Origin: a virus
IMG/VR virus record: IMGVR_UViG_3300031688_000003
Location: 1 to 64,000 of that record
DNA: 64,000 nt
Strand: one strand, 5' to 3'
The position numbers and the translations under genes were made by a program. This document shows positions 29,527 through 39,336 of this stretch, piece after piece. Each line of letters opens with the position of its first letter. The stretch's first letter is position 1. Under the pieces are notes generated by a model. The model was not told the origin of the DNA, did not search any database, and saw only the letters and a list, made by a program, of their open reading frames with translations.

Positions 29527-30234
29527 ATGTTAAATCAAACTATTCAAATAAAATTTAGACAAAGACTTAACAAGATTGCTAGTGATGACTATGATAATAT
29601 AGAATGCTGGCAAGTTGTTGAGGCTTTTAATAAAGCACAACTTGAATGGTGTAGAAGAAATCTACATGGTAACAACATGTTTAAAGAAGGTGATGAAAAT
29701 TCTAAAAGACGTATTGATGACTTACAAGTTCTTTTAACTACACTACCAATTACTACTACAGATATGGGTAATCATGAAGTGTCTACTAATTTTCCAGATA
29801 ATGAAACTTATCTTGAATATAAAAGAGTTAGTGTTGAAGCTACATCTGAATGCTGCACTGATCCTAGATCTATGACATGCTATCTGATAGAAGAGGCTAA
29901 TATTGATCTTGTATTGAGAGACCCCTTAAAGAATCCTAATTTTGAATGGGGTGAAACTGTATGTACTATGGCTAATAATACTCTAAAAATATATAAGGAT
30001 GATTTTAATATTGTTAATCCATCCCTAATGTATTATAGACAACCTGTTAGAATAGAAATTGTAGACTGTGTTGATCCATATACAGGAAATACTTCAACAG
30101 CAGATATTGAATGTGAATTTAAAGATGATCTAGTAGAAGTATTTATTGATGAAGCTGTAGCTATCATTGCTGGAGATATTGCAGATGCAAATAACTATAG
30201 TAGGGAAATGCAAGCTGCAGAAAGAAACAACTAA
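29527..30234 (+). CDS. head-tail ring/adaptor protein
   Basis: KFRQRLNK...EAFNKAQ N-terminal helices typical of P22 gp4-like ring proteins; position. Confidence 0.55.
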   Translation: MLNQTIQIKFRQRLNKIASDDYDNIECWQVVEAFNKAQLEWCRRNLHGNNMFKEGDENSKRRIDDLQVLLTTLPITTTDMGNHEVSTNFPDNETYLEYKRVSVEATSECCTDPRSMTCYLIEEANIDLVLRDPLKNPNFEWGETVCTMANNTLKIYKDDFNIVNPSLMYYRQPVRIEIVDCVDPYTGNTSTADIECEFKDDLVEVFIDEAVAIIAGDIADANNYSREMQAAERNN

Positions 30235-30260
30235 AAATTATAATATACTAGATATATTTA

Positions 30261-30269
30261 GTATATTAT
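30261..30269 (+). promoter_or_regulatory. putative late promoter GTATATTAT
   Basis: Exact copy of the motif, intergenic. Confidence 0.5.
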
Positions 30270-30365
30270 ACATGTACTGTCTAAACAAACTAAGTCCTTG
30301 ACAGTATATATTATAAGGGCATTATTTATTAACAAAAAAAAGACCTGGTAACAGGCATTAAAAAA

Positions 30366-31664
30366 ATGGCTTATTTTAACAACGCTTTTCAACAAACATT
30401 TGTCCCAACTTCCTTTTTGGTAGCTGGTGGTGAAGACTCCTCTGTATACACTCCTATGGAGGCAGGGTTTATTGGTTCACAATCTTATGATACTGCAAGC
30501 ACAGCAACATTAGCAGCAGGTAAAACACCTGTTATGTTATGTATGGGATCTCCTTTAGGTAGTCCAACTGGTGTAGCTGGTGCTGCAAATGATATCCTAG
30601 GTGGAAATAGATTTCATGGTGGATATGCAGAATCATGGAAATCAAAAGTAATCAATCCAAGATATGTAAGATTTATTGGTAAACAACCAGTAGTAGCTGC
30701 TGCAACATCAAGTGTTGTATTAGATGCTAAAGGAACATGCTTTGACTGTATTGGTGAACAATCAGTTAGAATTGATTTAAAAGGTGCTCCAGTACTTAGA
30801 GCATTAAATAGAAATGGATATAAGATCTTAGGTGGTGACGGATACTGTTGCCCAGCTGGACAAACTTATAAAGACCCTGCTAAAGTATTTGCTGATATGG
30901 CTGTACAATTATTAAGAGACCCTATTCTTAGTCAATTAGTAGATGTTAAAGTTGAACATGATAATAATGCTGGTTCTTTTACAACTATTACTGATTCTGC
31001 AACTGCAGCAGGTAACACAAGATATGAAAAACAACAAGCTGCAATTGCATTACTTTTAGCATATTCAGGTGCAGCTGCGGTTGTTGCTGGTCACTTAGGT
31101 AAATTTACTATTACTGATACTAGTTCTGAAACTGTATTTGGTAACTGTTCTTTTGATACTAGAGATTACTATCAAGAAGAGCCTTTACAATTATATGCAT
31201 CTCAGTTGGATAATGATGGAGATCCATGTACTGCTACTTGTATAGATATTTCAAGAAATAAAGGTAAAGAATCTGAAACTAAAGGTGAATTAATTCAAAG
31301 AGATGTAATGATGTTCCAAAGATACATGCAACATCCTACTAATCAAGGAAACTTAGATTCAACTAGAATGAGAGAAGTTGAAAGAGTTGGTCCAGCTAAT
31401 GACTTATTAGGTATTGTTCGTTCAGCAAATTACACTGTATACTACTTATTACATACTGTACCTCGTTTTAACAACCCATCTGGTACATTTGATAATGATC
31501 AATATATGGTTAAACTTGCTACTAATGGAATAATTGCTAATTTAGAAACTGCATTAAATGCAATGGCTGTAGGTTGCTTTGGAGTTGGTTCTACTATGAC
31601 AGATATGAGTGCAAACTTTTTACCTACTGAAGGCTTTCCAGTTGGAAATTCTCAAGGGGTATAA
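30366..31664 (+). CDS. virion structural protein (candidate auxiliary capsid protein)
   Basis: Ala/Gly-rich, own promoter and terminator, position after the ring gene. Confidence 0.5.
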   Translation: MAYFNNAFQQTFVPTSFLVAGGEDSSVYTPMEAGFIGSQSYDTASTATLAAGKTPVMLCMGSPLGSPTGVAGAANDILGGNRFHGGYAESWKSKVINPRYVRFIGKQPVVAAATSSVVLDAKGTCFDCIGEQSVRIDLKGAPVLRALNRNGYKILGGDGYCCPAGQTYKDPAKVFADMAVQLLRDPILSQLVDVKVEHDNNAGSFTTITDSATAAGNTRYEKQQAAIALLLAYSGAAAVVAGHLGKFTITDTSSETVFGNCSFDTRDYYQEEPLQLYASQLDNDGDPCTATCIDISRNKGKESETKGELIQRDVMMFQRYMQHPTNQGNLDSTRMREVERVGPANDLLGIVRSANYTVYYLLHTVPRFNNPSGTFDNDQYMVKLATNGIIANLETALNAMAVGCFGVGSTMTDMSANFLPTEGFPVGNSQGV

Positions 31665-31700
31665 ATCTTGTAACTTAGTAGAGATACTATTATATTTAAG

Positions 31701-31735
31701 AAGAGTGAGATTTAAACGTCTCACTCTTTTTTATA
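31701..31735 (+). terminator. intrinsic terminator
   Basis: AAGAGTGAGA...TCTCACTCTT perfect 10-bp stem plus T run. Confidence 0.85.
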
Positions 31736-31748
31736 TAAACTTTTTTTT

Positions 31749-31757
31749 GTATATTAT
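31749..31757 (+). promoter_or_regulatory. putative late promoter GTATATTAT
   Basis: Exact copy, 35 nt before the ATG at 31793. Confidence 0.55.
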
Positions 31758-31792
31758 TAGTGAAGAGCAGTACTATATTAAACAAAAATAGA

Positions 31793-32434
31793 ATGGCAAA
31801 CAAACATATACTTAGTCTTGAAGTACCTACAGTAGCAAATTGTGAAATTTTTAGGGTAATTGACACCAGTCAATATACAGATAGTTTGTATGTAGATTGT
31901 GGTGAATTACTTATAACACCTCCTGGTTTTAATCAAGGTAAAATAATAAAAGTACAACCAGGTTTTAGTTTATCTATAAACTCATGTTCACTAGGAGTTC
32001 AAACTTCTGGATGTTCAGGTACCTCACAATCAGGTCTACTTACAACAAGTACTGATGCATGTGGTAATACTATAAGTACTACAGCAGCAAATGCATTATC
32101 AGGATCTAGCTCAAGAGCATCAATATCAGATGGAATATATATTATAAGATATGCTGTTGCACCTACAGATAGAGCATATGTAGAATATAATCATTTAAGA
32201 ATAACAGGTATAATGAGTACTTACTATAAGAAGTTATGTGAGATAGATGTTACTCCATGTGAACCTAGCACAAAACAGCAGAACAGATATAGAGAGATGA
32301 ATCTTATTAAACTCATGATAGATGCTGCAAAAGCAAAAGTTGAATACTGTCAAAGTCCTAATGAGGGAATGGCTTTATATGATTTTGCAAAAAAGAAATT
32401 ATTAAAGATCACTTGTTCAAGTGAGTGTTGTTAA
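31793..32434 (+). CDS. tail hub/fibre-attachment protein (putative)
   Basis: Start MANKHIL at 31793; first gene of the tail-appendage block; Cys-rich. Confidence 0.5.
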   Translation: MANKHILSLEVPTVANCEIFRVIDTSQYTDSLYVDCGELLITPPGFNQGKIIKVQPGFSLSINSCSLGVQTSGCSGTSQSGLLTTSTDACGNTISTTAANALSGSSSRASISDGIYIIRYAVAPTDRAYVEYNHLRITGIMSTYYKKLCEIDVTPCEPSTKQQNRYREMNLIKLMIDAAKAKVEYCQSPNEGMALYDFAKKKLLKITCSSECC

Positions 32435-32451
32435 TATAAAAACTAAATAGT

Positions 32452-32643
32452 ATGAATTGTTCACACTGTAATCAAGCAATAGGATGTGGTTGTAACAAAG
32501 TTTCAGCAGGAGATGGTGCTGCTGTACATAAAGGATGTTTAAGTATATATAATAAAGGTTTAACGCAAAATGTTTCTATAACTGTACAAAATACAGCAGT
32601 TAATTTAGGACAAATAGTTATCCCACCAACTACAGCAAGATAA
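32452..32643 (+). CDS. small Cys-rich protein
   Basis: MNCSHC...GCGC...HKGC. Confidence 0.65.
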   Translation: MNCSHCNQAIGCGCNKVSAGDGAAVHKGCLSIYNKGLTQNVSITVQNTAVNLGQIVIPPTTAR

Positions 32644-32647
32644 AAAA

Positions 32648-35600
32648 ATGGCTTTAACATATTGTAACGCAAATAATGGAGCAGGATCTACATGCATGAT
32701 TGCATTTGATGAAAGATGTAATTCACAGGGTGGAGAGGTTAACTTATACTTTGGAAATAAGATTCACCATGTATACATATCTCAGAATAGTACAGTAACT
32801 GATACTACTCTATATGTACCTACAGTTTCAATGCCTGCTTCTTTAACTTATTCTTATGATATGATTCAAACAGGTGTGAATCCATCAACATGGCAAACAC
32901 AAGAATATATATATGTTTGTGGTGGTTTTCAAACACCTGCTATATATGATTTTACATCTGGTGCAGATCAACCAGATTGGGCTCAAGGATGTTTTTCAGG
33001 ACCTTGTTCACTTGCAGCAAATTGTGTTACTATTCAAACAATAGATTTTGATGGAAATCCTGTATCAGGTTTTCCAATTGAAACAGATTTAGCTGTTGGG
33101 GCAACTGTTACTGACATGCAAGGATATGCCTATTTTACTGGTGTTCAAAGTGTAACACCATATGATATATTTGGTGATACGATTTCATTTCCTGGAACAT
33201 GTATAGAATATCTTGTAACACAACTTGTAGGTATTTGTGAATTTACACCAACTATTAATTGTATATGTGGTTGTGATGATCCTGCTGCAGATAACTATGA
33301 TGCTACTGCTAATTATTATAATTTTGAAGATTGTCCTTGTACATATCCTACGCTAGGATGTATGGATACTGCAGCTTGCAACTATGATGCTTCAGCTACA
33401 TCAGATGATAATAGTTGTGTTTATCCAGGTTGTACTGACCCAGATGCATTAAATTATGATTCATCAGCAGGTTGTGATGATGGTTCATGTGTATCACAAC
33501 CATCATGTGATACAGCATATGGAGAAAATAATCCAACTGATAACCTAACAGATGTTGACGTTAAAAGAATAGAAACAGAAGCAAGATTTGCTGATAATGT
33601 TTATAAACATTTCCAAGCTAGAAGATATGGTATGACTAGTCCATGTGAAACTAGTCTAGATGGTATAGCATCTGAAAAATATTTATGTTTTTGGGAAGAT
33701 AAAAAAGAAAAAGAATATACAGGTTTCAACATTACAAGAGAAGTATTTAAACCTCTTATACCTGGGACACCTCCAGCTGCAGGAACATACCCTGCTTGGG
33801 TTGATCCATTATGTGGATTAATATCAAAAGGTCAACTTACTGTTTACTTTTATTATGATGGTACATCTATGGGTGTACAAGCAGTTAAAGATGCTCATGC
33901 TACAACAGAACTATGGATGCAAAGTCTTATTGGTTTAGGTTTTACAGGTTCTCACTATCATACAATTGTTAATGGAGAGAGATGGTTAGATTGGGGTACA
34001 TCAGCTATAACTGGTATATTTAATAATGCAGGAACTAATACTAGTACTACACTTCCTTGCTCTAATCCTAATGATCCATCATGTGGTCCAGGAAGACCTT
34101 GTGGTGGTTGTGGTGTATCTGCAGACCCTAATGATGGTATAACTGGTGCATGTCAATGTTCTGGATGGGCTGGAGGAAAAATGTCTAGAACTCTTAAGGT
34201 GCAAGATAATTTCCAAAATGGTGATTGTCCAACACACTTCTATGATGCTTATACTAAAAATTCAGTATGTAATACGTGGGTGGGGACAGATGGTTGGGCA
34301 CCAAAAGGTCCTATAGTTACATGGCAAGGAATGGCACCTCCTGCAGCAACTGAACAAGTATTAGTAGTATGTTTTGCTGATGAAACTGAAATACCAGGTG
34401 ATAAAATTAATAATGATGTTAATTTTGCATGTTATCATGGTAGAGGATCTACTACTGGAGTTGCATCTGACTGGAATCTTGCAACTATAAGTGGTGTTAT
34501 TAGTCCAGCATGGAAAGCTGATTATAATAAATACATTGAGATATATAATGAATTTGAAGGAAGATCTTGTAATCATTCATTAAATTGTTATATATATCCA
34601 AGTTTACCAGTTAATGTTAGTGCACCACATAGACCTTTTCCACTACATGCTATTGGTGCTGTAACAAGTGGTAATAGACCAGTACAAGATGGTACATATC
34701 TTACAAATACAGCTCCCGTAAATACAATGTCAAATACATCAATTGCTGCAATTGAATTACCTGGTTCAAATTTATATTGGAACGAACCTAATACTGTTAC
34801 AGTTCATTCATTTGGATATGGAGGTTTAGATAATTATGGATGGGGTGGTACGTTTACATCTGCAGCATTTACACAAGAAGGGTTTACATCTGATTTAAAT
34901 AACTTCTTTACATTATCATTATATGAATGTAATGATAATGAATGCTTGATATTTGATGTGGTTAATCAGAATGGGGTCCTTATAGAAGATTATGAAATAA
35001 TACTAGATGGTAAAGATGTTGGTAAGACAAATTCATTTGGAAGATATACTCATATTATAACTAAAGCATCAATTAACACAGAGCATACTGCACAATTATG
35101 TGAATGTTTTACTACATCAGGTAGCTGTGCACAACAAAGACTTTTAATAACAGCATCAGAAAAATGCCCAACTGCAGCGTGTACTGTACCTTCTAAACAA
35201 TGTACATGTAATGCACCAGGCAACTTACAAGTAGTTACTAGTTATAATTCTACACTGTTAAATTGGTCTCCATCAATTTCAACAGAAACCACAATAACTT
35301 ATGATATAAGATATAGAGCTGTTAATGTTACAACACCAAATACATGGATAGAAATTACAAGTGTAGCAAGTACATCATATACTATAACTGGACTTTTAAC
35401 CTTTACTGAATATGAATTTCAAGTAAGAAGTAAATGTGGTACAATAATTTCAGACTGGAATGCAACACAAACATTTACTACAATTACTGCATGTCCTATA
35501 ATAGATTGTTTATTATCTTCATGTGCTACTGCAACTTCATATACTTTAGGTTATAACTATACTTCAATAGGTGAATTAGATATAACTGGAGCAACTGGAA

Positions 35601-38600
35601 CAAATGGTGTATGGGGTGTCATATGGGGTACTAATGCAGATTTAGAAATTGGTAATATTGTAAATGGAGGAAGTACATCAACTACAATGGTGCCAGGAAC
35701 TGCTAGTACATATCCAGGAGATGGAATAGTTAATACATTAATAACAGAAACAGCAACAGGACTTACACCAAACACATACTACTGGAGAGCATATATAACT
35801 ATAACTAATATGCCAAATTGTTTAGAAAGTCAGTATTCAGATGTTTGTACATATGTAACACCCAGTTCCATCACAAACCCACCTAGTCAATGTTTAATAC
35901 CTGATAATAATTTTGAACAAGCTTTGATGGATATAGGTCTTAAGTCACAAGGTGCATATACTGGTAGTATAGATTTCTCAGCAGTTAATACAGTAACAAC
36001 TTTAAATGTTTCTATTAAAGGTATTACAGACCTTACAGGTATAGAATGCTTTACTGCTTTGCAAAGTTTAGACTGTAGTGTAAACTCACTTACAAGTTTA
36101 AACTTAGTTGCTAATACAGCTCTAACATTTGTAAATTGTGGTGCTAATCAACTTACATCATTAAATGTTACTGCTAATACAGCATTACTTGATTTACGTA
36201 TATATGCTAATTCATTACCGTCTTTAGATATAACTAATAATACTGCTTTAACTACTTTGTATGGAGCTAATAATCTACTCACAAGTATTGACGTAAGTAA
36301 TAATACTGCTTTGATTTCCTTAAGTATTCATGCTAATCAACTTACGGCACTTGATGTTAGTGCAAACACAGCTTTAACTATTTTATCTTGTGGTAGTAAT
36401 CAAATAGTATCGCTTGATTGTACTACACTTGTTAATTTAGTAGAACTAGCGTGTGAAAATAATCCACCAATGAATTTCCTTGATGTAACTAATGGTAATA
36501 ATTCTAATATGCCAATGGGTGATTTCATTGCTAATAATACACCAAGTCTTATGTGTATTAGCGTTGACAATGTTGCTTATTCTAATACTAACTGGCCAGC
36601 ACCACTTTATACTGATGTTGGAGATACATATAACAACCCTTGTGTTGTAGTATCTCTTTGTACAATCCCTGATTCTAATTTTAGAAATGCACTAGATATA
36701 AATCAGCCTCAACTTGCTGGACAATGGGTAAATACTAATCAAATTGATCAAGCTCTTTTAACACCTATTACAGTTATAAGTGTTCTTTCATCAGGTATTA
36801 ATGACTTCACTGGTATAGAATGTTTCACAGGCTGTACAAGTTTAAATGTTGCAGCCAACAGTGCTCCAACTATTAACCTAACATCTTTAGTATTGTTAAA
36901 GTCTCTACGAATGTCTTCACTAAATCAGACAAATAGTTTAACAGGTAATACAATTGATTTAAGCAATAATGTTCTTTTAACATTTTTAGAATGTGAAAAT
37001 AATCAACTAGCAACAATAAATCTAACTGCTAATACTGCTTTAGAAGACATAAGTGTTGGTCAAAATAATCTTACTTCTTTAGATGTAACAACTTGTGTTT
37101 CATTAACTAGACTTAAAGTTTGGTATAATCAACTTACAAGTATCAACTTAGGATTTAATGTTGTTCTAGATGAATTAAATGTTCAAAGTAATAACCTAAC
37201 GACTTTATCTCTGACTAATAATGTTCTTCTAACTACACTTAAAGCTTTTTATAACAATTTAACAACTTTAGATTTAACCACTAATACTATTCTAGAAGAT
37301 GCATCTATTAGTTATAATAATATTGCAGGATCATTAGATCTATCTAATAATGTTCTTTTAGAATGGCTTATAGCTGCTCACAATAATCTTACTAGTGTTA
37401 CCTTACCTTCTACTGCTACTTTAATTCTGGTAGATTTAGAAAACAATGATATTTCTCAAATTGATACAAGTAATAATGCTGGATTAGAAACCTTAAAACT
37501 TACGGGTAATCAATTAGAATGTTTAGATGTAAGCAGTAATGTTGTGTTAACTCAAATTTACTGTCAGTTCCAACGTCTAGGTATGACACCAACTCTTGAT
37601 ATTCTTAACTTAGCTAATGGTAATAACACAAACATGACTGATGCCAATGTTAGAATTGGAGGATTTGGATCAAGTAACCCTAATATTAATGGTTGTGTTA
37701 CTGTAGATGCTGTAGCTTACGCAACAACTAACTGGACAACATGGGTTGATTTTGGACAAATATTCAATCTTGGATGTGCACCTTTAGATTGTGGTACTTC
37801 TGCACCCATGACATATATACCTGATAATGCATTTGAAAGTTATTTAACTGCTACTTATTCTATAGCATTCCCTATAGCGGACCATTGTTTAACAAGTGAT
37901 ATTAGTGGTATAACTGCTTTAAGTATGAATAATTTAGGTATAACTGACTTAACAGGATTGCAAGATTTTACTGCCGTAACATCAATAGCAATTAATGATA
38001 ATACACTTACAAATACATTTCTTAATTTAACTGGAAATATTGCTTTAACTCATCTGTATTGTGATAACGCTAATATAGTAAGTATTAACGTAACTCAATG
38101 TTCTGCTTTGTTATACTTAGGGCTTGGTGGGAATCAAATTACAACTATTGATCTAACTAACAATCTTGCTTTAACAGGTTTAAACTTTATTAATAATCAG
38201 TTTACAACACTTGATGTAAGTGTTAATACTGCTCTAACATCTATAAATGTTAGTAATAATCTACTAACAAGTATTGATGTAAGTACTAATACTCTTTTAC
38301 AATATTTGACTTGTTCTTTTAATCAACTCACAAGCCTTGATGTTAGTAATAATACCACTTTATATGTAATTAAATGTCAAAATAATAGCCTCACCAGTCT
38401 TGATGCAAGTAATAGTACTACTTTAACTTGGTTGCAGTGTGAGAATAATCAACTCACAACCCTTAATGTAAAAAATGGAAATAATAGTAATATGAGTACT
38501 TCTAATTTTATTACAACAAATAATCCTAACCTAATTTGCATAGATGTAGATAATGTATCTTACTCAACAACTAATTGGACAAACATTGATGCCACTAGTT

Positions 38601-39244
38601 CATTTAGTTTAAGTTGTATATCATTAATGACATATATCCCTGATAGTAATTTCCAAGCAGGATTAACAGCATTATATGGAATTGCATTCCCTATAGCGGA
38701 CCATTGTTTAAAAAGTGATATTAGTAGTATGACTGCTTTAGATGTGTCAAATATGTTGATAGCTGATTTAACAGGAATAGCAGATTTTACTGCTTTAACT
38801 AATTTGGGTTGTTATGATAATCAACTCACAAGCCTTGATGTAAGTCAAAATACTAATTTATTAACTTTATTCTGTTATGATAATCAAATCACTTCTCTTG
38901 ATGTAAGTAATAATACTGCTTTAACACATTTGTATTGTTATGACAATCAACTCATAAGTCTTAATGTAAGTTCTAATACTGCTTTACAATTTTTGAGGTG
39001 TCGTAATAATTCAATCACAACACTTGATGTAAGTACTAATACTGCTTTAATTTATTTAGATTGTTTGAATAATCAACTTACATCACTTAATATAAAAAAT
39101 ACTAATAATGCAAATATGTTGGTTAATAGTTTTTTAGCAACTAGTAATTTACTAACTACTATTCTTTGTGATAATCCAGGAACTGCAACTACTACATTTA
39201 CAGTTGCAGCAGGATGTATTGACGCAGGTGTAACATTTATATAA
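32648..39244 (+). CDS. giant tail appendage/receptor-binding protein with Cys-rich repeats, FN3 and four LRR modules
   Basis: GCxDxxAxNYD repeats; FN3 (LNWSP...YDIRYRA...YEFQVRSKC); LxxLxCxxNxLTxLDVSxNT repeats in four IPDxNF-capped blocks. Confidence 0.75.
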   Translation: MALTYCNANNGAGSTCMIAFDERCNSQGGEVNLYFGNKIHHVYISQNSTVTDTTLYVPTVSMPASLTYSYDMIQTGVNPSTWQTQEYIYVCGGFQTPAIYDFTSGADQPDWAQGCFSGPCSLAANCVTIQTIDFDGNPVSGFPIETDLAVGATVTDMQGYAYFTGVQSVTPYDIFGDTISFPGTCIEYLVTQLVGICEFTPTINCICGCDDPAADNYDATANYYNFEDCPCTYPTLGCMDTAACNYDASATSDDNSCVYPGCTDPDALNYDSSAGCDDGSCVSQPSCDTAYGENNPTDNLTDVDVKRIETEARFADNVYKHFQARRYGMTSPCETSLDGIASEKYLCFWEDKKEKEYTGFNITREVFKPLIPGTPPAAGTYPAWVDPLCGLISKGQLTVYFYYDGTSMGVQAVKDAHATTELWMQSLIGLGFTGSHYHTIVNGERWLDWGTSAITGIFNNAGTNTSTTLPCSNPNDPSCGPGRPCGGCGVSADPNDGITGACQCSGWAGGKMSRTLKVQDNFQNGDCPTHFYDAYTKNSVCNTWVGTDGWAPKGPIVTWQGMAPPAATEQVLVVCFADETEIPGDKINNDVNFACYHGRGSTTGVASDWNLATISGVISPAWKADYNKYIEIYNEFEGRSCNHSLNCYIYPSLPVNVSAPHRPFPLHAIGAVTSGNRPVQDGTYLTNTAPVNTMSNTSIAAIELPGSNLYWNEPNTVTVHSFGYGGLDNYGWGGTFTSAAFTQEGFTSDLNNFFTLSLYECNDNECLIFDVVNQNGVLIEDYEIILDGKDVGKTNSFGRYTHIITKASINTEHTAQLCECFTTSGSCAQQRLLITASEKCPTAACTVPSKQCTCNAPGNLQVVTSYNSTLLNWSPSISTETTITYDIRYRAVNVTTPNTWIEITSVASTSYTITGLLTFTEYEFQVRSKCGTIISDWNATQTFTTITACPIIDCLLSSCATATSYTLGYNYTSIGELDITGATGTNGVWGVIWGTNADLEIGNIVNGGSTSTTMVPGTASTYPGDGIVNTLITETATGLTPNTYYWRAYITITNMPNCLESQYSDVCTYVTPSSITNPPSQCLIPDNNFEQALMDIGLKSQGAYTGSIDFSAVNTVTTLNVSIKGITDLTGIECFTALQSLDCSVNSLTSLNLVANTALTFVNCGANQLTSLNVTANTALLDLRIYANSLPSLDITNNTALTTLYGANNLLTSIDVSNNTALISLSIHANQLTALDVSANTALTILSCGSNQIVSLDCTTLVNLVELACENNPPMNFLDVTNGNNSNMPMGDFIANNTPSLMCISVDNVAYSNTNWPAPLYTDVGDTYNNPCVVVSLCTIPDSNFRNALDINQPQLAGQWVNTNQIDQALLTPITVISVLSSGINDFTGIECFTGCTSLNVAANSAPTINLTSLVLLKSLRMSSLNQTNSLTGNTIDLSNNVLLTFLECENNQLATINLTANTALEDISVGQNNLTSLDVTTCVSLTRLKVWYNQLTSINLGFNVVLDELNVQSNNLTTLSLTNNVLLTTLKAFYNNLTTLDLTTNTILEDASISYNNIAGSLDLSNNVLLEWLIAAHNNLTSVTLPSTATLILVDLENNDISQIDTSNNAGLETLKLTGNQLECLDVSSNVVLTQIYCQFQRLGMTPTLDILNLANGNNTNMTDANVRIGGFGSSNPNINGCVTVDAVAYATTNWTTWVDFGQIFNLGCAPLDCGTSAPMTYIPDNAFESYLTATYSIAFPIADHCLTSDISGITALSMNNLGITDLTGLQDFTAVTSIAINDNTLTNTFLNLTGNIALTHLYCDNANIVSINVTQCSALLYLGLGGNQITTIDLTNNLALTGLNFINNQFTTLDVSVNTALTSINVSNNLLTSIDVSTNTLLQYLTCSFNQLTSLDVSNNTTLYVIKCQNNSLTSLDASNSTTLTWLQCENNQLTTLNVKNGNNSNMSTSNFITTNNPNLICIDVDNVSYSTTNWTNIDATSSFSLSCISLMTYIPDSNFQAGLTALYGIAFPIADHCLKSDISSMTALDVSNMLIADLTGIADFTALTNLGCYDNQLTSLDVSQNTNLLTLFCYDNQITSLDVSNNTALTHLYCYDNQLISLNVSSNTALQFLRCRNNSITTLDVSTNTALIYLDCLNNQLTSLNIKNTNNANMLVNSFLATSNLLTTILCDNPGTATTTFTVAAGCIDAGVTFI
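37862..38740 (+). repeat. 60-bp near-identical direct repeat (37862-37921 and 38681-38740)
   Basis: 56 of 60 nt identical by manual alignment, in the caps of LRR modules 3 and 4. Confidence 0.85.
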
Positions 39245-39297
39245 CATGAATAAAAAAATAAACGAAATAAATAACTTGGCTGTATCATTAAAAATCT

Positions 39298-39306
39298 GTA
39301 TATTAT
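39298..39306 (+). promoter_or_regulatory. putative late promoter GTATATTAT
   Basis: Exact copy, 30 nt before the 39337 ATG. Confidence 0.55.
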
Positions 39307-39336
39307 AATGTATAGTGGTAATAACAAATATAAACT

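Noticed and set aside
37862-38740. Diversity-generating retroelement TR/VR pair
   Set aside because: The four mismatches are not confined to adenines of one copy, both copies are in-frame coding, and no reverse transcriptase is in the window
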